Assembly: GCA_963737265.1 (NCBI GenBank)
Contig: CAVTRY010000011.1
Span: forward strand, 576,001-640,000
Direction of reading: 5' to 3'
Source: an uncultured delta proteobacterium
GTDB lineage: Bacteria; Myxococcota_A; Polyangia; Fen-1088
DNA: 64,000 nucleotides
In this document: positions 9,109 to 19,129 of the stretch, piece after piece
Numbering within the stretch: position 1 is the stretch's first letter
How the letters are laid out: every line of letters starts with the position of its first letter
Program-made: the position numbers and the translations under genes
The notes under the pieces: model-generated
What the model was told of the DNA's origin: nothing
Database searches by the model: none
What the model saw: only the letters and a program-made list of their open reading frames with translations

Positions 9109-11307
9109 ATGAAAAAAGAGCATCCCGCCAGTCCTCATTCGCTCCAACGCCGTTGGAGCTCGCCCCGGCTCTCCGGTGTTGTCGCCCTCTGCCTTGGTTC
9201 GTTGTTGCCACGAGCCAGCTTCGGGTTGGACGTGCTGACGCACATGAACGACAACAATCGAACCGGGGCCAACACCAGTGAAACCATCCTCACCCCCGCG
9301 AACGTAACCACGAGCCAGTTTGGCAAGCTCTGGAGCTATGCCGTCAATGGCGCCACCTACGCCGAACCGCTCTACGTGTCCGGCGTGACCATCGCCGGCG
9401 GCACGCACAACGTGGTGTATATCGTCACCATGGAGGACGATGCCTACGCCTTCGACGCCGACACCAATACGCAATATTGGCACGTCAGCTTCGTGGGCGG
9501 CAACATCACGCCGGTGCCGATTGTCGACATCACTGGTAGCAACAGTCTCAACATCGTCGGCAATGTGGGCATTGAGGGCACGCCGTACATCGACAAGACC
9601 GATGGGACGATTTACATGCTCGCCCGGACGAAGGACACGAGCAACGGAAGCTACGCCCAGACCCTCCATGCGCTCGACCTCGCAACGGGTGCCGAGAAAC
9701 TCGGCGGACCGAAAGTGGTCACCGCAAATGGTTTCGATGCAAAGGTTCACAATCAGCGAATGGGTCTAGCCCTAGCCGGCAACAACATCATCATTGTTTG
9801 GACCTCGCACGAGGATATGCACGCCTATCACGGCTGGATCATGGCTTACGATGCCACGACCCTGGCGCAAACGGCGGTTTTTAACGATACGCCCACCGGC
9901 AGCCAGGGCGGCATCTGGCAGCAGGGTCGGGCACCGGCGGTAGATTCGAGCGGAAACATCTATGTGATCACTGGCAATGGCTCGTGGGACGGCGTTCGGA
10001 ATTTCAGCGAAAGCTTTCTAAAGTTGAGCAAAAGCTTGACCCTTTTGGATTGGTTCACGCCGGACAACTGGAGTGCGCTCAATGGAGGCGACTCCGACCT
10101 GGGCTCGGGAGGCACGATGCTGGTACCGGGCACAAATCTGGTAATCGGCGGAGGCAAGGAAGGAACCCTATACGTTTGCGACGTCGCGAACCTTGGACAC
10201 GAGCAAGCGGGTAACGGCCAGATCGTGCAACAGGTTGGCGGTTTCTCCAGGGGAGAGATCCACGGCGCGACGGTCTATTGGAACAGTGCCGCAAATGGCC
10301 CCCTGGTTTTCAATTGCGGGAATGGAGACCACGTCAAATCGTACAAGTTCAACGGCTCAACGTTTGGCACCTCGCCCTTTCAGACGAGCGCTGCGTCCTC
10401 CGGTGGCCAGCCGGGAGGATTTTTGTCGATTTCGGCCAACGGTAACACCAACGGAATCGTGTGGGCCACGATGGGCACCTCGGACAGCGACCATGGCACC
10501 GCGCCCGGTATCTTGCGGGCATTTAGCGCGGACAACCTAGGCGGAGCGGAACTGTGGGACAGCAACCAAAACTCCGCCCGCGACAACCTAGGTACGTTCG
10601 TGAAAGACGCCAATCCGCTGGTTGCCGACGGCAAGGTCTATGCGGGTTCCTATTACGGTAAGGTCAGTGTTTACGGATTGTTGGGTGGCGCCACGGGCAC
10701 GGGAGGCACATCGGGGACGGGAGCCGATGCGGGCGCCGGCGGAGGTGCAGCGGGCGGAGCAACAGGCGCGGGCGGACGAACCGGCGCGATCGGGAGCGGC
10801 GGCGCTGGCGGGACTTCTGCCCTGGGTGGGCAGAGCAGCGGCACGGGCGGAGTCTCCTCGGCCACTGGTGGAAACGTTGGCACCGGTGGGGCGACTGGGG
10901 CGGCCACTGGTGGAAACGTTGGCACCGGTGGGGCGACTGGGGCGGCCACTGGTGGAAACGTTGGCGCCGGTGGGGCGACTGGGGCTGGCGGCGCCGCAGG
11001 CGGGACCGGGGGAAGCCGTGCTGCTGGCGGCGTTACTGGAGTTGGCGGAAGTCCTGGCACTGGCGGGGCCAGTGGCATGGGCGGAAGTCTTGCCTCGGGC
11101 GGGACCTCCGTTGCGATTGGCCAAGGTGGATCTGGTGGTCAGCAGGTCGGGTCGGGAACCTCGAGTAGCTCCGGCTGTTCGTGCCGTATTGGCAAGACGA
11201 GCGGCGAGAGCCGCAGCGCCGGATTGCTGCTATTCGCCGTCGCGACGCTGGTGCTGCGCAGGCGTGGAAGCCGCACGAGCAAAGCAAAGGACACAGCTCG
11301 GCCTTGA
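9109..11307 (+). CDS. Secreted PQQ-type beta-propeller protein with Gly/Thr-rich linker and MYXO-CTERM-like anchor
   Basis: Signal peptide; DVLTHMNDNNRTG..ETILTPANV; repeated ALDLATG / YDATTL propeller motifs; C-terminal SSGCSC, hydrophobic helix and RRRG. Confidence 0.8.
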   Translation: MKKEHPASPHSLQRRWSSPRLSGVVALCLGSLLPRASFGLDVLTHMNDNNRTGANTSETILTPANVTTSQFGKLWSYAVNGATYAEPLYVSGVTIAGGTHNVVYIVTMEDDAYAFDADTNTQYWHVSFVGGNITPVPIVDITGSNSLNIVGNVGIEGTPYIDKTDGTIYMLARTKDTSNGSYAQTLHALDLATGAEKLGGPKVVTANGFDAKVHNQRMGLALAGNNIIIVWTSHEDMHAYHGWIMAYDATTLAQTAVFNDTPTGSQGGIWQQGRAPAVDSSGNIYVITGNGSWDGVRNFSESFLKLSKSLTLLDWFTPDNWSALNGGDSDLGSGGTMLVPGTNLVIGGGKEGTLYVCDVANLGHEQAGNGQIVQQVGGFSRGEIHGATVYWNSAANGPLVFNCGNGDHVKSYKFNGSTFGTSPFQTSAASSGGQPGGFLSISANGNTNGIVWATMGTSDSDHGTAPGILRAFSADNLGGAELWDSNQNSARDNLGTFVKDANPLVADGKVYAGSYYGKVSVYGLLGGATGTGGTSGTGADAGAGGGAAGGATGAGGRTGAIGSGGAGGTSALGGQSSGTGGVSSATGGNVGTGGATGAATGGNVGTGGATGAATGGNVGAGGATGAGGAAGGTGGSRAAGGVTGVGGSPGTGGASGMGGSLASGGTSVAIGQGGSGGQQVGSGTSSSSGCSCRIGKTSGESRSAGLLLFAVATLVLRRRGSRTSKAKDTARP
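10861..10984 (+). repeat. In-frame 42-bp tandem repeat, about 3 copies (ATGGNVGTGGATGA)
   Basis: GCCACTGGTGGAAACGTTGGCACCGGTGGGGCGACTGGGGCG starting at 10861, 10903 and 10945. Confidence 0.92.
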
Positions 11308-11326
11308 GCGCGCTGCAAGCCCGTCG

Positions 11327-11716
11327 CTAGTAGCAGCCTCGAACCACCAGTCCCGGGCCCAGCGGACGGCAAATCACGCTGCTGGTGTCAGCGATGGATT
11401 TCTCCCAATGGAGCTCGATACGGTCGCCTACCTGCCCCATCAAAGGGTAGGCAGACATGGAGCCGTCCGCTGACGCTTGCTGGATGATTCCAGCGCCGAG
11501 GTTTGCGTTGTAGATGAAGAAACGCGCGCCAATGGCGCGGCTATCTGGTGGCGTCGAGACCGACCACTCAGCGGCGCTGGGTCCCGCGGTGAACGTTGGG
11601 TCGGGTGGGGGTATGGGAATGAATGGAGAGTTGCAGGCAAGAACCACCACCAGGGAAACCCCCGCCAGGGCGGCGGCAATCCCCAGGTACAGCCGAGCTC
11701 GTTTGGGCTGAAACAT
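11327..11716 (-). CDS. Hypothetical lipoprotein
   Basis: Lipobox VLAC after a hydrophobic stretch; PFIPIPPP motif. Confidence 0.7.
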   Translation of the reverse strand: MFQPKRARLYLGIAAALAGVSLVVVLACNSPFIPIPPPDPTFTAGPSAAEWSVSTPPDSRAIGARFFIYNANLGAGIIQQASADGSMSAYPLMGQVGDRIELHWEKSIADTSSVICRPLGPGLVVRGCY

Positions 11717-11854
11717 TATGAGGCTCTTCGTCCTAGCTGCTAAGCAACGGACGGGCCAGGCATCGACCAATGTTTCTGGCCAGTTTCGTCACCACGTGCC
11801 AACCAGTAGGTCTATTTTCGCCAACATAGTTGTCTAAGGGTTCGTCAGCGAGCC

Positions 11855-14800
11855 CTAAGCCACAAGATTGTACCGGCGCAGCTTCTTCTGCAATCCGAAT
11901 CTCGACAAGCCGAGAAGCGCGGATGCCTTGGTTTGATTGCCCTGCACCCTGGTCAACGCTTCGCGAATGAGCAGGCGCTCGATCCGTTCGACCCGCTGAC
12001 GGAGGCGCAAACTGTCCGGATCGCTGCGCATAGCCTCGCTGGGATCCTGGCCGGTTTGAATGTGCGCCGAGAGATCTGCTACCGTGACCGCGGCGCCAGC
12101 AAAAGCGCCTGCTCGAGCGATCTCGTTTTCCAGCTCGCGCACGTTGCCTGGCCAGGAATAGCCACACAACCTAGCCAGCGCGGCGGCCTCGATGCCCTTG
12201 GCGGCTGTTCCCGCCGGTCGTCCCGCCTTTTCAAGGAAATGGCGTACCAACAGTGGAATGTCTTCGCGGCGTTCGCGCAGCGGCGGCAGGTGCAGACGCA
12301 CCACGCTCAATCGGTAGAAGAGGTCTTTGCGAAACTTCCCTTCCTCCACCAGCTGGCCGAGATTCTTGTTGGTCGCCACCAGAATCCGGACATCGACCTT
12401 TTCACACCGCTCTCCGCCGCCCACGCGATGGAATTCGCCGTCCTGCAAGACGCGCAGCAACTTGCCCTGCATGGCGGCCGACATCTCGGCCACCTCATCG
12501 AGAAAGAGCGTGCCGCCATCGGCGATGGCGAACAGGCCCCGGCCGTCGCGGTCCGCCCCGGTGAACGCTCCGCGAACATGCCCGAACAGCGTCGATTCGA
12601 GCAGGGTTTCGGGAATCGCCGCGCAGTTCTCCGAGACGAACGCGCGATCCTTGCGCGGGCCATTGAAATGGATCGCTCGCGCCACGAGCTCCTTGCCCGT
12701 GCCACTTTCGCCTTCGATCACGACCGGCAAGCTGGTGTCCGTCACACGGTCGAGGAGTCGAAAGAGATCGAGCATGCTCGGCGACTGTCCGACGATGCGA
12801 CGGTAGTCGTAGCGCAACGCCGCCGCTTGCCGGCTCTCCTTGAGCTCGACGCGAACATCGCTTAGCGTGGCTTCTTGCACGCGCAACTCGCGCTCAAGGC
12901 GCCGATTCAAGGACTGGACCTGCTGTTCGCGACGGCGCAATTCGGACACCAGGCGCGCGTTCTCGATCGCGATCGCGCCCTGGTCGGCGAAATCCATCAC
13001 CATGGCCAGCTCATCATCACCAAAGACGCCTTTGCGCAGACGGTGATCGACGTAGATGGTGCCCACCACATCGCCCTTCACCGTCAGCGGAACCGCGAGC
13101 ACCGATCGCAGGTGCAGGTCGCTGACCGAAAGGAGCTCGCTGAATCGGCTGTCGCCCGCGGCGTCCACGGTGATCACCGGCTGGCCGCTGTCGGCAGCTT
13201 GTTTGGCGATGGATCGAGACAGGGCGAAGTCGGATCCCTCGAGACTCGTTTGATCGATGTTGCGCGCGACTTTGACCGCCAGCTCGCCATCGCTGTCCTT
13301 GAGCAAGAGGAATCCGCGTTCGGCATCGGTCAACTCGATGACGGTATCGATGATGGTCTCGAGCACGCGCGAAAGGCGAAGATCGCTGTTGAGCCGCTTG
13401 TTGATGCGCAGTAGTCGGCGCAAACGGCCTTCGAGCAGCGCCTTACGTTCCACGAGCTCCGCCACGTCCGTACCGTCGTTTTTGCCATTGCGCCGCCGCT
13501 CGTCGGGCACGGGTGCCTCAGCGTCGGCCTCGATACCGGCCCAGTATTTCGCCGGCGTATTCATCCGAACCTCCTCAAAAACCGTTCGAGCGAAGACCTG
13601 CGCCGCGTCCTTGCGGAAGTCACCCGCGCGCGCGAACAACCGGGCCGCCAAGGCAGCCATGCGCCAGGCGGCCGGGCGACACCCGCGGGCCTTCGCGTTG
13701 TCGGCAAGTCGAGACAAGTCTTCCGCAAGGGGCACGAGCATGGGCGCGCTGATCGCCCGATCCGCCATGGCCACCCGCGCCCGAGCCAGGGCGAGCAAGT
13801 CGGCCCTGGGCGAAGCGGCTTGCTCTGCGCCCGGCGCCGCCGGGACATGTCCATCGTTCTCGACGTGGACAAGAATCGCGCGTGCCTCGGCGAAGGCGCC
13901 CTTGCCCGCCAGGCACTCGGCGTGTCCGAGACTCGAAACCTCTGCCATGGCTTGCATCTTCAAGCGCGTGAATAGCTCAACGGCTTGCGCGTAGCTGCGC
14001 ACGCACTCCGAGCTGCGACGTTTGCGCTGAAGCTCGGCGCCGAGGAGCCAAGCGTACCCCTGGAAAGCTTCGATGCGCGAAGCCTTGGCGTCATCTTCCA
14101 ATCGCCTTACAGACCGCCCGGCGGCGTCCAGCTCTCCCAGCTCTAGAAATAACTGGCCGACGTTGAACACGGCCAGGGCATGATCGGTAACCGCGCCGAG
14201 TCGCCCCAGCTCGCGGATCGCGCGCTCGAGAGCATCGATGGCCTTGGTGTAGTTTCCGGTCTCGGCCAAGGTGCATCCCAAATTAAAGGTCGCCGCCGCC
14301 GCGCCGTGCAGATCTCGGGCGACCTCGTAGTCCTTCAGTGCATTTTGGTAGGCCTCGGCTGCTTGCATTGGACGACCTGCCAGTTGCTGGACGAGCCCCT
14401 CCAGCGCGGCAACGCGCGCGACCCAAGAGCGATCCCGTGACCGATCCCGTGACCGATCGTTTGACCGATCGTTTAACCGATCGTTTGACCGATCGTTTGA
14501 CCGATCCTGCGCGTTGCCAGCGTCGGATTTAAGCGAGCCGAGCAATTCCTGCGCGTCCCCTAATTTCCCGCTGTAAGCCAGCGCCAGGACGGCCGATTCC
14601 CGGGCTGCTAAACCGGCACCTGACTCGGCGTGAAGCGCGGGCGCCGCTGCAGCGAACGCCTCGGCGAAGCGTCCACTCGACACGAGCATTCGCGCCAGGC
14701 GCGCGCGCAGCAGAAGAGATTCTTCTTCGCCCGGATCGAGCCGGCCGAGCGCTTCCTCGATGATCGCGCGCGCAGCCTCGGGGTCGCCGCTCCTGCCCAG

Positions 14801-16993
14801 CAGCCACGCTTTGCGCTCAGCCAACCGCGCAGCCGCACCCGCATCGCCGGGCCCAGCGCAAGCATCGAGCAGGGCCAGCGCCTCGTCATAGTGGCCGAGT
14901 ATTCCAAGCGCGTTGGCAAAGACGAGACGATCGGCCGAGCTGACAACAATTGGACTGGTCTTGGGACTGGTCTCGCGCGCGCGACGCCCGAGGTGAGCGG
15001 CCCGACTCCACGCCCCCAGCGCTGCCGCCTGGCGCATTCCGCGCCAAAACCCCCCCGCGGCTTTGGCATTCTCGCCGAGCGCATGCTGGACCTCGGCCCA
15101 GCGAGAGTCGTCGTCGCTCAGGCCGCAAGTCGCGCGTCGAACCACAACTCGCAGCTCTTCGTCCCGAGCCAAGGCACGCCACAACGCCGACCAGTGAAGA
15201 TCGCTGGGCAGTGTCGCGCTGCCGGGCACGAGCCAGCCCGCGGTCAGCGCCTCCCGCTCCGCCGCCGCTGCTGCCGTTCTCTCCAGCCCATGCTCCGGCG
15301 GACTGCCCTCCGACGCCAAGCCCGTTGCCGTGACGAACACGCGGGCGGCATTCGTCAAGGAGGAGAAGCTCCCGTCGAGCAGGCGACCAAGGTCTGGGTC
15401 GCCATCTACCAGCGTCAGCGCCTGGGGTCTGCCGTCGCGCAGATTTCCAATCCAATTGCGCACGAGCAGAGCAACCGCGCCGGCCTGCCCGCCCGATGCA
15501 GCCGCTAGGTCGTCCAGGATCGCCGCAGGCGGGTCCACGCCGCCGCCTCGTCGGGCTAGCTCGGCAATGGATTCGCGCGCGAGCGGGCCAAGCGTGATGG
15601 CAAGGCTGCCTTCGCGCTCCGCTGAACGCTGGCTCGGCAGGAGCACGAGCAGGCGCCCGCTCGGCGGGTTGCAGGCCACCGCCATGGCCAGTGACTCGTC
15701 CTCCGGCGATCCCGAAAGAACGAGGCACAGCGGACGGGACAGCGAACGTCCTTCCAGAACCTCGATCAGTCGCGCGTGGCGTTCGCGAGATACCCGATTG
15801 GCGTCCTGCGGTGTGACGGTGTCGCCCTCGGCGACGCTCGCGCTGGCCGCCAGTAGCTGCGAACATTCGCGCTCTTCGATGTCAAATGGAGAGAGGGACT
15901 GCGACAACATAGCCAGGCGTGCGTCGCGTAGCGCTCGGCGAATCAACGTCCGTCGGCCCGAACCAGGCGTACCGACAAAGGCGACGACGCTTGCAGTGGC
16001 CGTTCCCTCGGCAAGCTGCTCGAACAGACGACGCAGCTTTGCCTCCTCTTCACTTCTTCCGACAATCACGCCGGCAAGTGGGTCGCCGGCAGGAAACGGC
16101 ACCGCCAGATCCGCTTCGATAGACTGCGGACGGCCCGGGATCTCGCGGCGAATCTCCTGCAGAAGCTCGCGTGCGCTGTTCGGACGATTTTCAACCGCGG
16201 GGGCGATCAGCCGAAGCAGCAAATGGTCCAACCCGGGCGGCAATCCGGGATGAAACGAGGACGGCGGCGGGGGAAAGCCTTGCCAGGCCCTTCTGACCGC
16301 ATCGAGCCCGACGCCAAATGGAGGTGTCCCAGCCCAAGCGTCATAGAGCGTGGCTCCGAGGGCGAAGAGGTCGCCCGCCGGCCCTCTTTCTCCAAGCAGC
16401 GCCTCCGGCGCGACAAAGCCCAGCGTGCCGGACGCGGTAAGGCTCGGCCGAGATCCTGGGGACGGTTGGCGTTCCGCTAGACCAAAATCGATGAGAACTG
16501 GTTTTCCTGTGCCGTCACAGCGGATGTTGGCCGGACTGATATCTCCATGCAAGACTCCTTGCCCGTGCAGATAGGCGAGCGCGTCGGCCAGCGCTTCGGC
16601 GGCGAGCACAAACCTGGCCACGCGATCGGTGCCGTCGGCCGAGTTGATCGTCTCGGCGAGCGTCGACCCCGTCACGTATTCCATGACAACGAATGCCCGG
16701 CCCGCGGAAGCGCCCGTTGTCGACACGCCGGCGTCGCTCACGCGAACGATGTTCGGATGCGAAAGCTCGTGGAGCCGAGCGAACTCTGCCCGCAGGTGCC
16801 CGAGCGCGGCCCGGTCGCCACGCTCCGCTAGTAGCTTCAGCGCCCACTGCTTCCCGTCCCTTTGATCCTGGGCAAGAAAGACTTCGCCGCCCGCACCACC
16901 CGAGAGTCTACGAAGCAGACGATAGCGTTCCGCGACGGCCTCCTTCGGTGCGTCGTCGGACTTCCTGCTGCCAACTTGATTGACCGATCTCAC
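11855..16993 (-). CDS. Ser/Thr kinase, NTPase-like, TPR, GAF, sigma54-interaction (AAA+) and Fis HTH fusion regulator
   Basis: Kinase motifs ALK, HPNIV, HGDISPANI, DFG, APE; helical repeats; GAF; GESGTGKE, GAFTGA, FLDEV, WPGNVRELEN; Fis-type HTH (GNQTKAS.LLGLSR). Confidence 0.92.
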   Translation of the reverse strand: MRSVNQVGSRKSDDAPKEAVAERYRLLRRLSGGAGGEVFLAQDQRDGKQWALKLLAERGDRAALGHLRAEFARLHELSHPNIVRVSDAGVSTTGASAGRAFVVMEYVTGSTLAETINSADGTDRVARFVLAAEALADALAYLHGQGVLHGDISPANIRCDGTGKPVLIDFGLAERQPSPGSRPSLTASGTLGFVAPEALLGERGPAGDLFALGATLYDAWAGTPPFGVGLDAVRRAWQGFPPPPSSFHPGLPPGLDHLLLRLIAPAVENRPNSARELLQEIRREIPGRPQSIEADLAVPFPAGDPLAGVIVGRSEEEAKLRRLFEQLAEGTATASVVAFVGTPGSGRRTLIRRALRDARLAMLSQSLSPFDIEERECSQLLAASASVAEGDTVTPQDANRVSRERHARLIEVLEGRSLSRPLCLVLSGSPEDESLAMAVACNPPSGRLLVLLPSQRSAEREGSLAITLGPLARESIAELARRGGGVDPPAAILDDLAAASGGQAGAVALLVRNWIGNLRDGRPQALTLVDGDPDLGRLLDGSFSSLTNAARVFVTATGLASEGSPPEHGLERTAAAAAEREALTAGWLVPGSATLPSDLHWSALWRALARDEELRVVVRRATCGLSDDDSRWAEVQHALGENAKAAGGFWRGMRQAAALGAWSRAAHLGRRARETSPKTSPIVVSSADRLVFANALGILGHYDEALALLDACAGPGDAGAAARLAERKAWLLGRSGDPEAARAIIEEALGRLDPGEEESLLLRARLARMLVSSGRFAEAFAAAAPALHAESGAGLAARESAVLALAYSGKLGDAQELLGSLKSDAGNAQDRSNDRSNDRLNDRSNDRSRDRSRDRSWVARVAALEGLVQQLAGRPMQAAEAYQNALKDYEVARDLHGAAAATFNLGCTLAETGNYTKAIDALERAIRELGRLGAVTDHALAVFNVGQLFLELGELDAAGRSVRRLEDDAKASRIEAFQGYAWLLGAELQRKRRSSECVRSYAQAVELFTRLKMQAMAEVSSLGHAECLAGKGAFAEARAILVHVENDGHVPAAPGAEQAASPRADLLALARARVAMADRAISAPMLVPLAEDLSRLADNAKARGCRPAAWRMAALAARLFARAGDFRKDAAQVFARTVFEEVRMNTPAKYWAGIEADAEAPVPDERRRNGKNDGTDVAELVERKALLEGRLRRLLRINKRLNSDLRLSRVLETIIDTVIELTDAERGFLLLKDSDGELAVKVARNIDQTSLEGSDFALSRSIAKQAADSGQPVITVDAAGDSRFSELLSVSDLHLRSVLAVPLTVKGDVVGTIYVDHRLRKGVFGDDELAMVMDFADQGAIAIENARLVSELRRREQQVQSLNRRLERELRVQEATLSDVRVELKESRQAAALRYDYRRIVGQSPSMLDLFRLLDRVTDTSLPVVIEGESGTGKELVARAIHFNGPRKDRAFVSENCAAIPETLLESTLFGHVRGAFTGADRDGRGLFAIADGGTLFLDEVAEMSAAMQGKLLRVLQDGEFHRVGGGERCEKVDVRILVATNKNLGQLVEEGKFRKDLFYRLSVVRLHLPPLRERREDIPLLVRHFLEKAGRPAGTAAKGIEAAALARLCGYSWPGNVRELENEIARAGAFAGAAVTVADLSAHIQTGQDPSEAMRSDPDSLRLRQRVERIERLLIREALTRVQGNQTKASALLGLSRFGLQKKLRRYNLVA
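14427..14506. repeat. 12-bp in-frame tandem repeat (~6.7 units) encoding DRSN/DRSR
   Basis: GACCGATCGTTT and GACCGATCCCGT units on the + strand. Confidence 0.92.
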
Positions 16994-17034
16994 TCCTCTG
17001 ATTATACGATTTTACTTATTTTTTTCCAATAGGA

Positions 17035-17985
17035 CTATTTAGTTGTCTGTGGCGTATCCGGCCGTCGTTTGAGCCGTTCCAAGGCTTCCTTGGCCATGGC
17101 CCGAATGTCTTCGTCGTCGTGGGTTTCGGCCACGAAAGCCAAGTAGTCCGTCGCCTCCCGACCACCCAGCGTGGCGATGGCATCGAGCACCTTGCGCATC
17201 TCGCGCACGTCGCGCATGGGGCGGGATTCAGCCAAGGCCTTGACGGCGCTTCGTTCACGCATCTCAACCAGAGCTCCCAGAGCCGCGTCCCTCACCGCCT
17301 CGTCCTCGTCCGCCAGCAGCCCCAGAATATCCGGAACCTCCTCGCGTAGCTTGCGGGCACCAATGATGCGTAAGGCTTCCACGCGCAGGTCGGTGTCGCG
17401 TGATTCGAGCGCCGATTTTACCTCGGGCACCTTCGCCACCCAGAGTCTCTGGCGTGCAACGTAGGACAGCAACAGATCTTCGACGGTTCGCTCAGCCAGT
17501 CGTTGAAAAGACTCCGTCGGGTGATCCACCTCCCCGGCAGGCAGGGGAACCTGTCCGGTCGCCAGCAGGTCCTCATTGAACCGAACAGGCGAGGCGCCCT
17601 GCGGCCGCACGGCGATGCGCAGTCGCAGCCTCACTCCGATTTCCGGATGTTCGGACGAGCCGTCGCTCAGTGCCTGAACCTCCACCCTGACATTTGCGCT
17701 CGATTGCTGCGCCACAGGGCTGGCGAGCTCCGCGAAGATCCCTGCGCCCGTCAGCACGGATCTCACCTTTTCCGCGAGTCGGGGCTCGTCGAGATGGAAC
17801 TCGGTCCCGCGAAAACTCATGGGGCTCTCGGATTTGATTGCAACCGATCCGAGGGCGGGTCGGGCGTCGAGATCGCGCTTGGGCTCTCGGGGACACCCTT
17901 TGCAAGCTGCCATCGAGCACAGCAGGGTCGCGCCCACGGCCAGGAGCTTCCCTGACGGAGGGATCGGCTTAGGCGGAACCCGCAC
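17035..17985 (-). CDS. HEAT-repeat-containing (lipo)protein
   Basis: Lipobox-like MAAC; HEAT repeats (DLRVEALRIIG, DEAVRDAALGAL, DEDIRAMAKEAL). GTG 17985 chosen to limit overlap with the upstream gene. Confidence 0.75.
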   Translation of the reverse strand: MRVPPKPIPPSGKLLAVGATLLCSMAACKGCPREPKRDLDARPALGSVAIKSESPMSFRGTEFHLDEPRLAEKVRSVLTGAGIFAELASPVAQQSSANVRVEVQALSDGSSEHPEIGVRLRLRIAVRPQGASPVRFNEDLLATGQVPLPAGEVDHPTESFQRLAERTVEDLLLSYVARQRLWVAKVPEVKSALESRDTDLRVEALRIIGARKLREEVPDILGLLADEDEAVRDAALGALVEMRERSAVKALAESRPMRDVREMRKVLDAIATLGGREATDYLAFVAETHDDEDIRAMAKEALERLKRRPDTPQTTK

Positions 17986-19114
17986 CGCCGCGCGGCGCCG
18001 GCGCGCGCACCTTCGTCCTGACGGATACATCTCGATCTTTGCCCTTGGCGGGTATCGCAACAGGCGGTAGCTGCGCGATGGAGCTCATACGGGATTGCCT
18101 GGCCAAAGCCAACTCGATGATCCGCGTGATGAGCTCCTTGTAGGAAAGGCCGGCAGCCTTGGCGGCGCGAGAATAGCCGCCCGCCAGATCGGAGAGATCG
18201 CAGTTGGGGTTGACATCGATGACGTACGGCACACCATCGGCCGAAAGGCGTATGTCCATACGGCCGTAGTCGCGCAAGCCAATCGCGCGAAAAGCATCAA
18301 GGGCGGTTCGGGCGATGGTGGAACGGAGCTCTTCCGACAAACCTTCACAACGTACCGGGCGAGTTCCCCTATACTCAATCGAGTCTTCGACCCATTTGCC
18401 CTCGAACGAGACGATGTTCGGGCGGTCGCTTGGCATGTCGGAGAAATCGATCTCGAAAAAGGGGAAGACCTGGGGCTCGTGGTCGACACGCTCCAGGATC
18501 GACACGTAGATCTCTCTACCCTCGATGAACTCCTCGACCAGCGCCGGCTGCCGGTAGTTCTCGAGCACGTACGCAACACGCGCCTTGAGCGCGTCGAGGG
18601 TGGTCGTCACCGACGCACTGCAAATCCCGACTGAGGCGTCTTCGCGGGCAGGCTTGACAATCGCGGGGAACGCCAGCCCCAGCTTTTCGCTCTCTTCGAT
18701 CGAATTGACCAGGCCCCCGCGCGGCATGGGAATTCCCCGCCCACGTAGGATGTCCTTGACCTTCTCCTTGCGGAGGGCGAGCGAAAGCCCAAAAGAACAC
18801 GATCCGGTGTAGGCGATTCCCGCGAGATCCATCAGCAGCGGCATCAGGGATTCGAAGCGGCTGTCGCCATGGATCGACTCGCACAAATTGAAGACCGCAC
18901 TAGGCTTCAATTCCTGAAGCGCCGCCAGGGCGGCCGGGATGTCGTTGGTAATTCCCAGCCCCGACGTCTCATATCCGTTGGCATTCAGGATGTGGAGGAT
19001 ATCCTGCGCGACGTCCTTGACGTCCTCTCGCGCTTTGTTCTCGGGGTCCGCTTCGGCTCCCTCGAAGTCGCGATTGTAGATGACTACGATGCGCGGCCTG
19101 CTCCGTACCTTCAC
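17969..19114 (-). CDS. ATP-grasp protein, D-Ala-D-Ala ligase-like family
   Basis: VFNLCE, YTGS, IVKPAREDASVG, VEEFIEGRE, YGRMDIR and IDVNPNC motifs; belongs to the Ddl-like subgroup rather than canonical Ddl. Confidence 0.85.
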   Translation of the reverse strand: MKVRSRPRIVVIYNRDFEGAEADPENKAREDVKDVAQDILHILNANGYETSGLGITNDIPAALAALQELKPSAVFNLCESIHGDSRFESLMPLLMDLAGIAYTGSCSFGLSLALRKEKVKDILRGRGIPMPRGGLVNSIEESEKLGLAFPAIVKPAREDASVGICSASVTTTLDALKARVAYVLENYRQPALVEEFIEGREIYVSILERVDHEPQVFPFFEIDFSDMPSDRPNIVSFEGKWVEDSIEYRGTRPVRCEGLSEELRSTIARTALDAFRAIGLRDYGRMDIRLSADGVPYVIDVNPNCDLSDLAGGYSRAAKAAGLSYKELITRIIELALARQSRMSSIAQLPPVAIPAKGKDRDVSVRTKVRAPAPRGGAGSA

Positions 19115-19129
19115 GATGGTGATTCTATC

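Noticed and set aside
10861-10984. Regular repeats as a possible CRISPR array (also 14427-14506 and 59464-59634)
   Set aside because: The first two have no unique spacers, all preserve reading frame inside coding sequence, and there are no cas genes.
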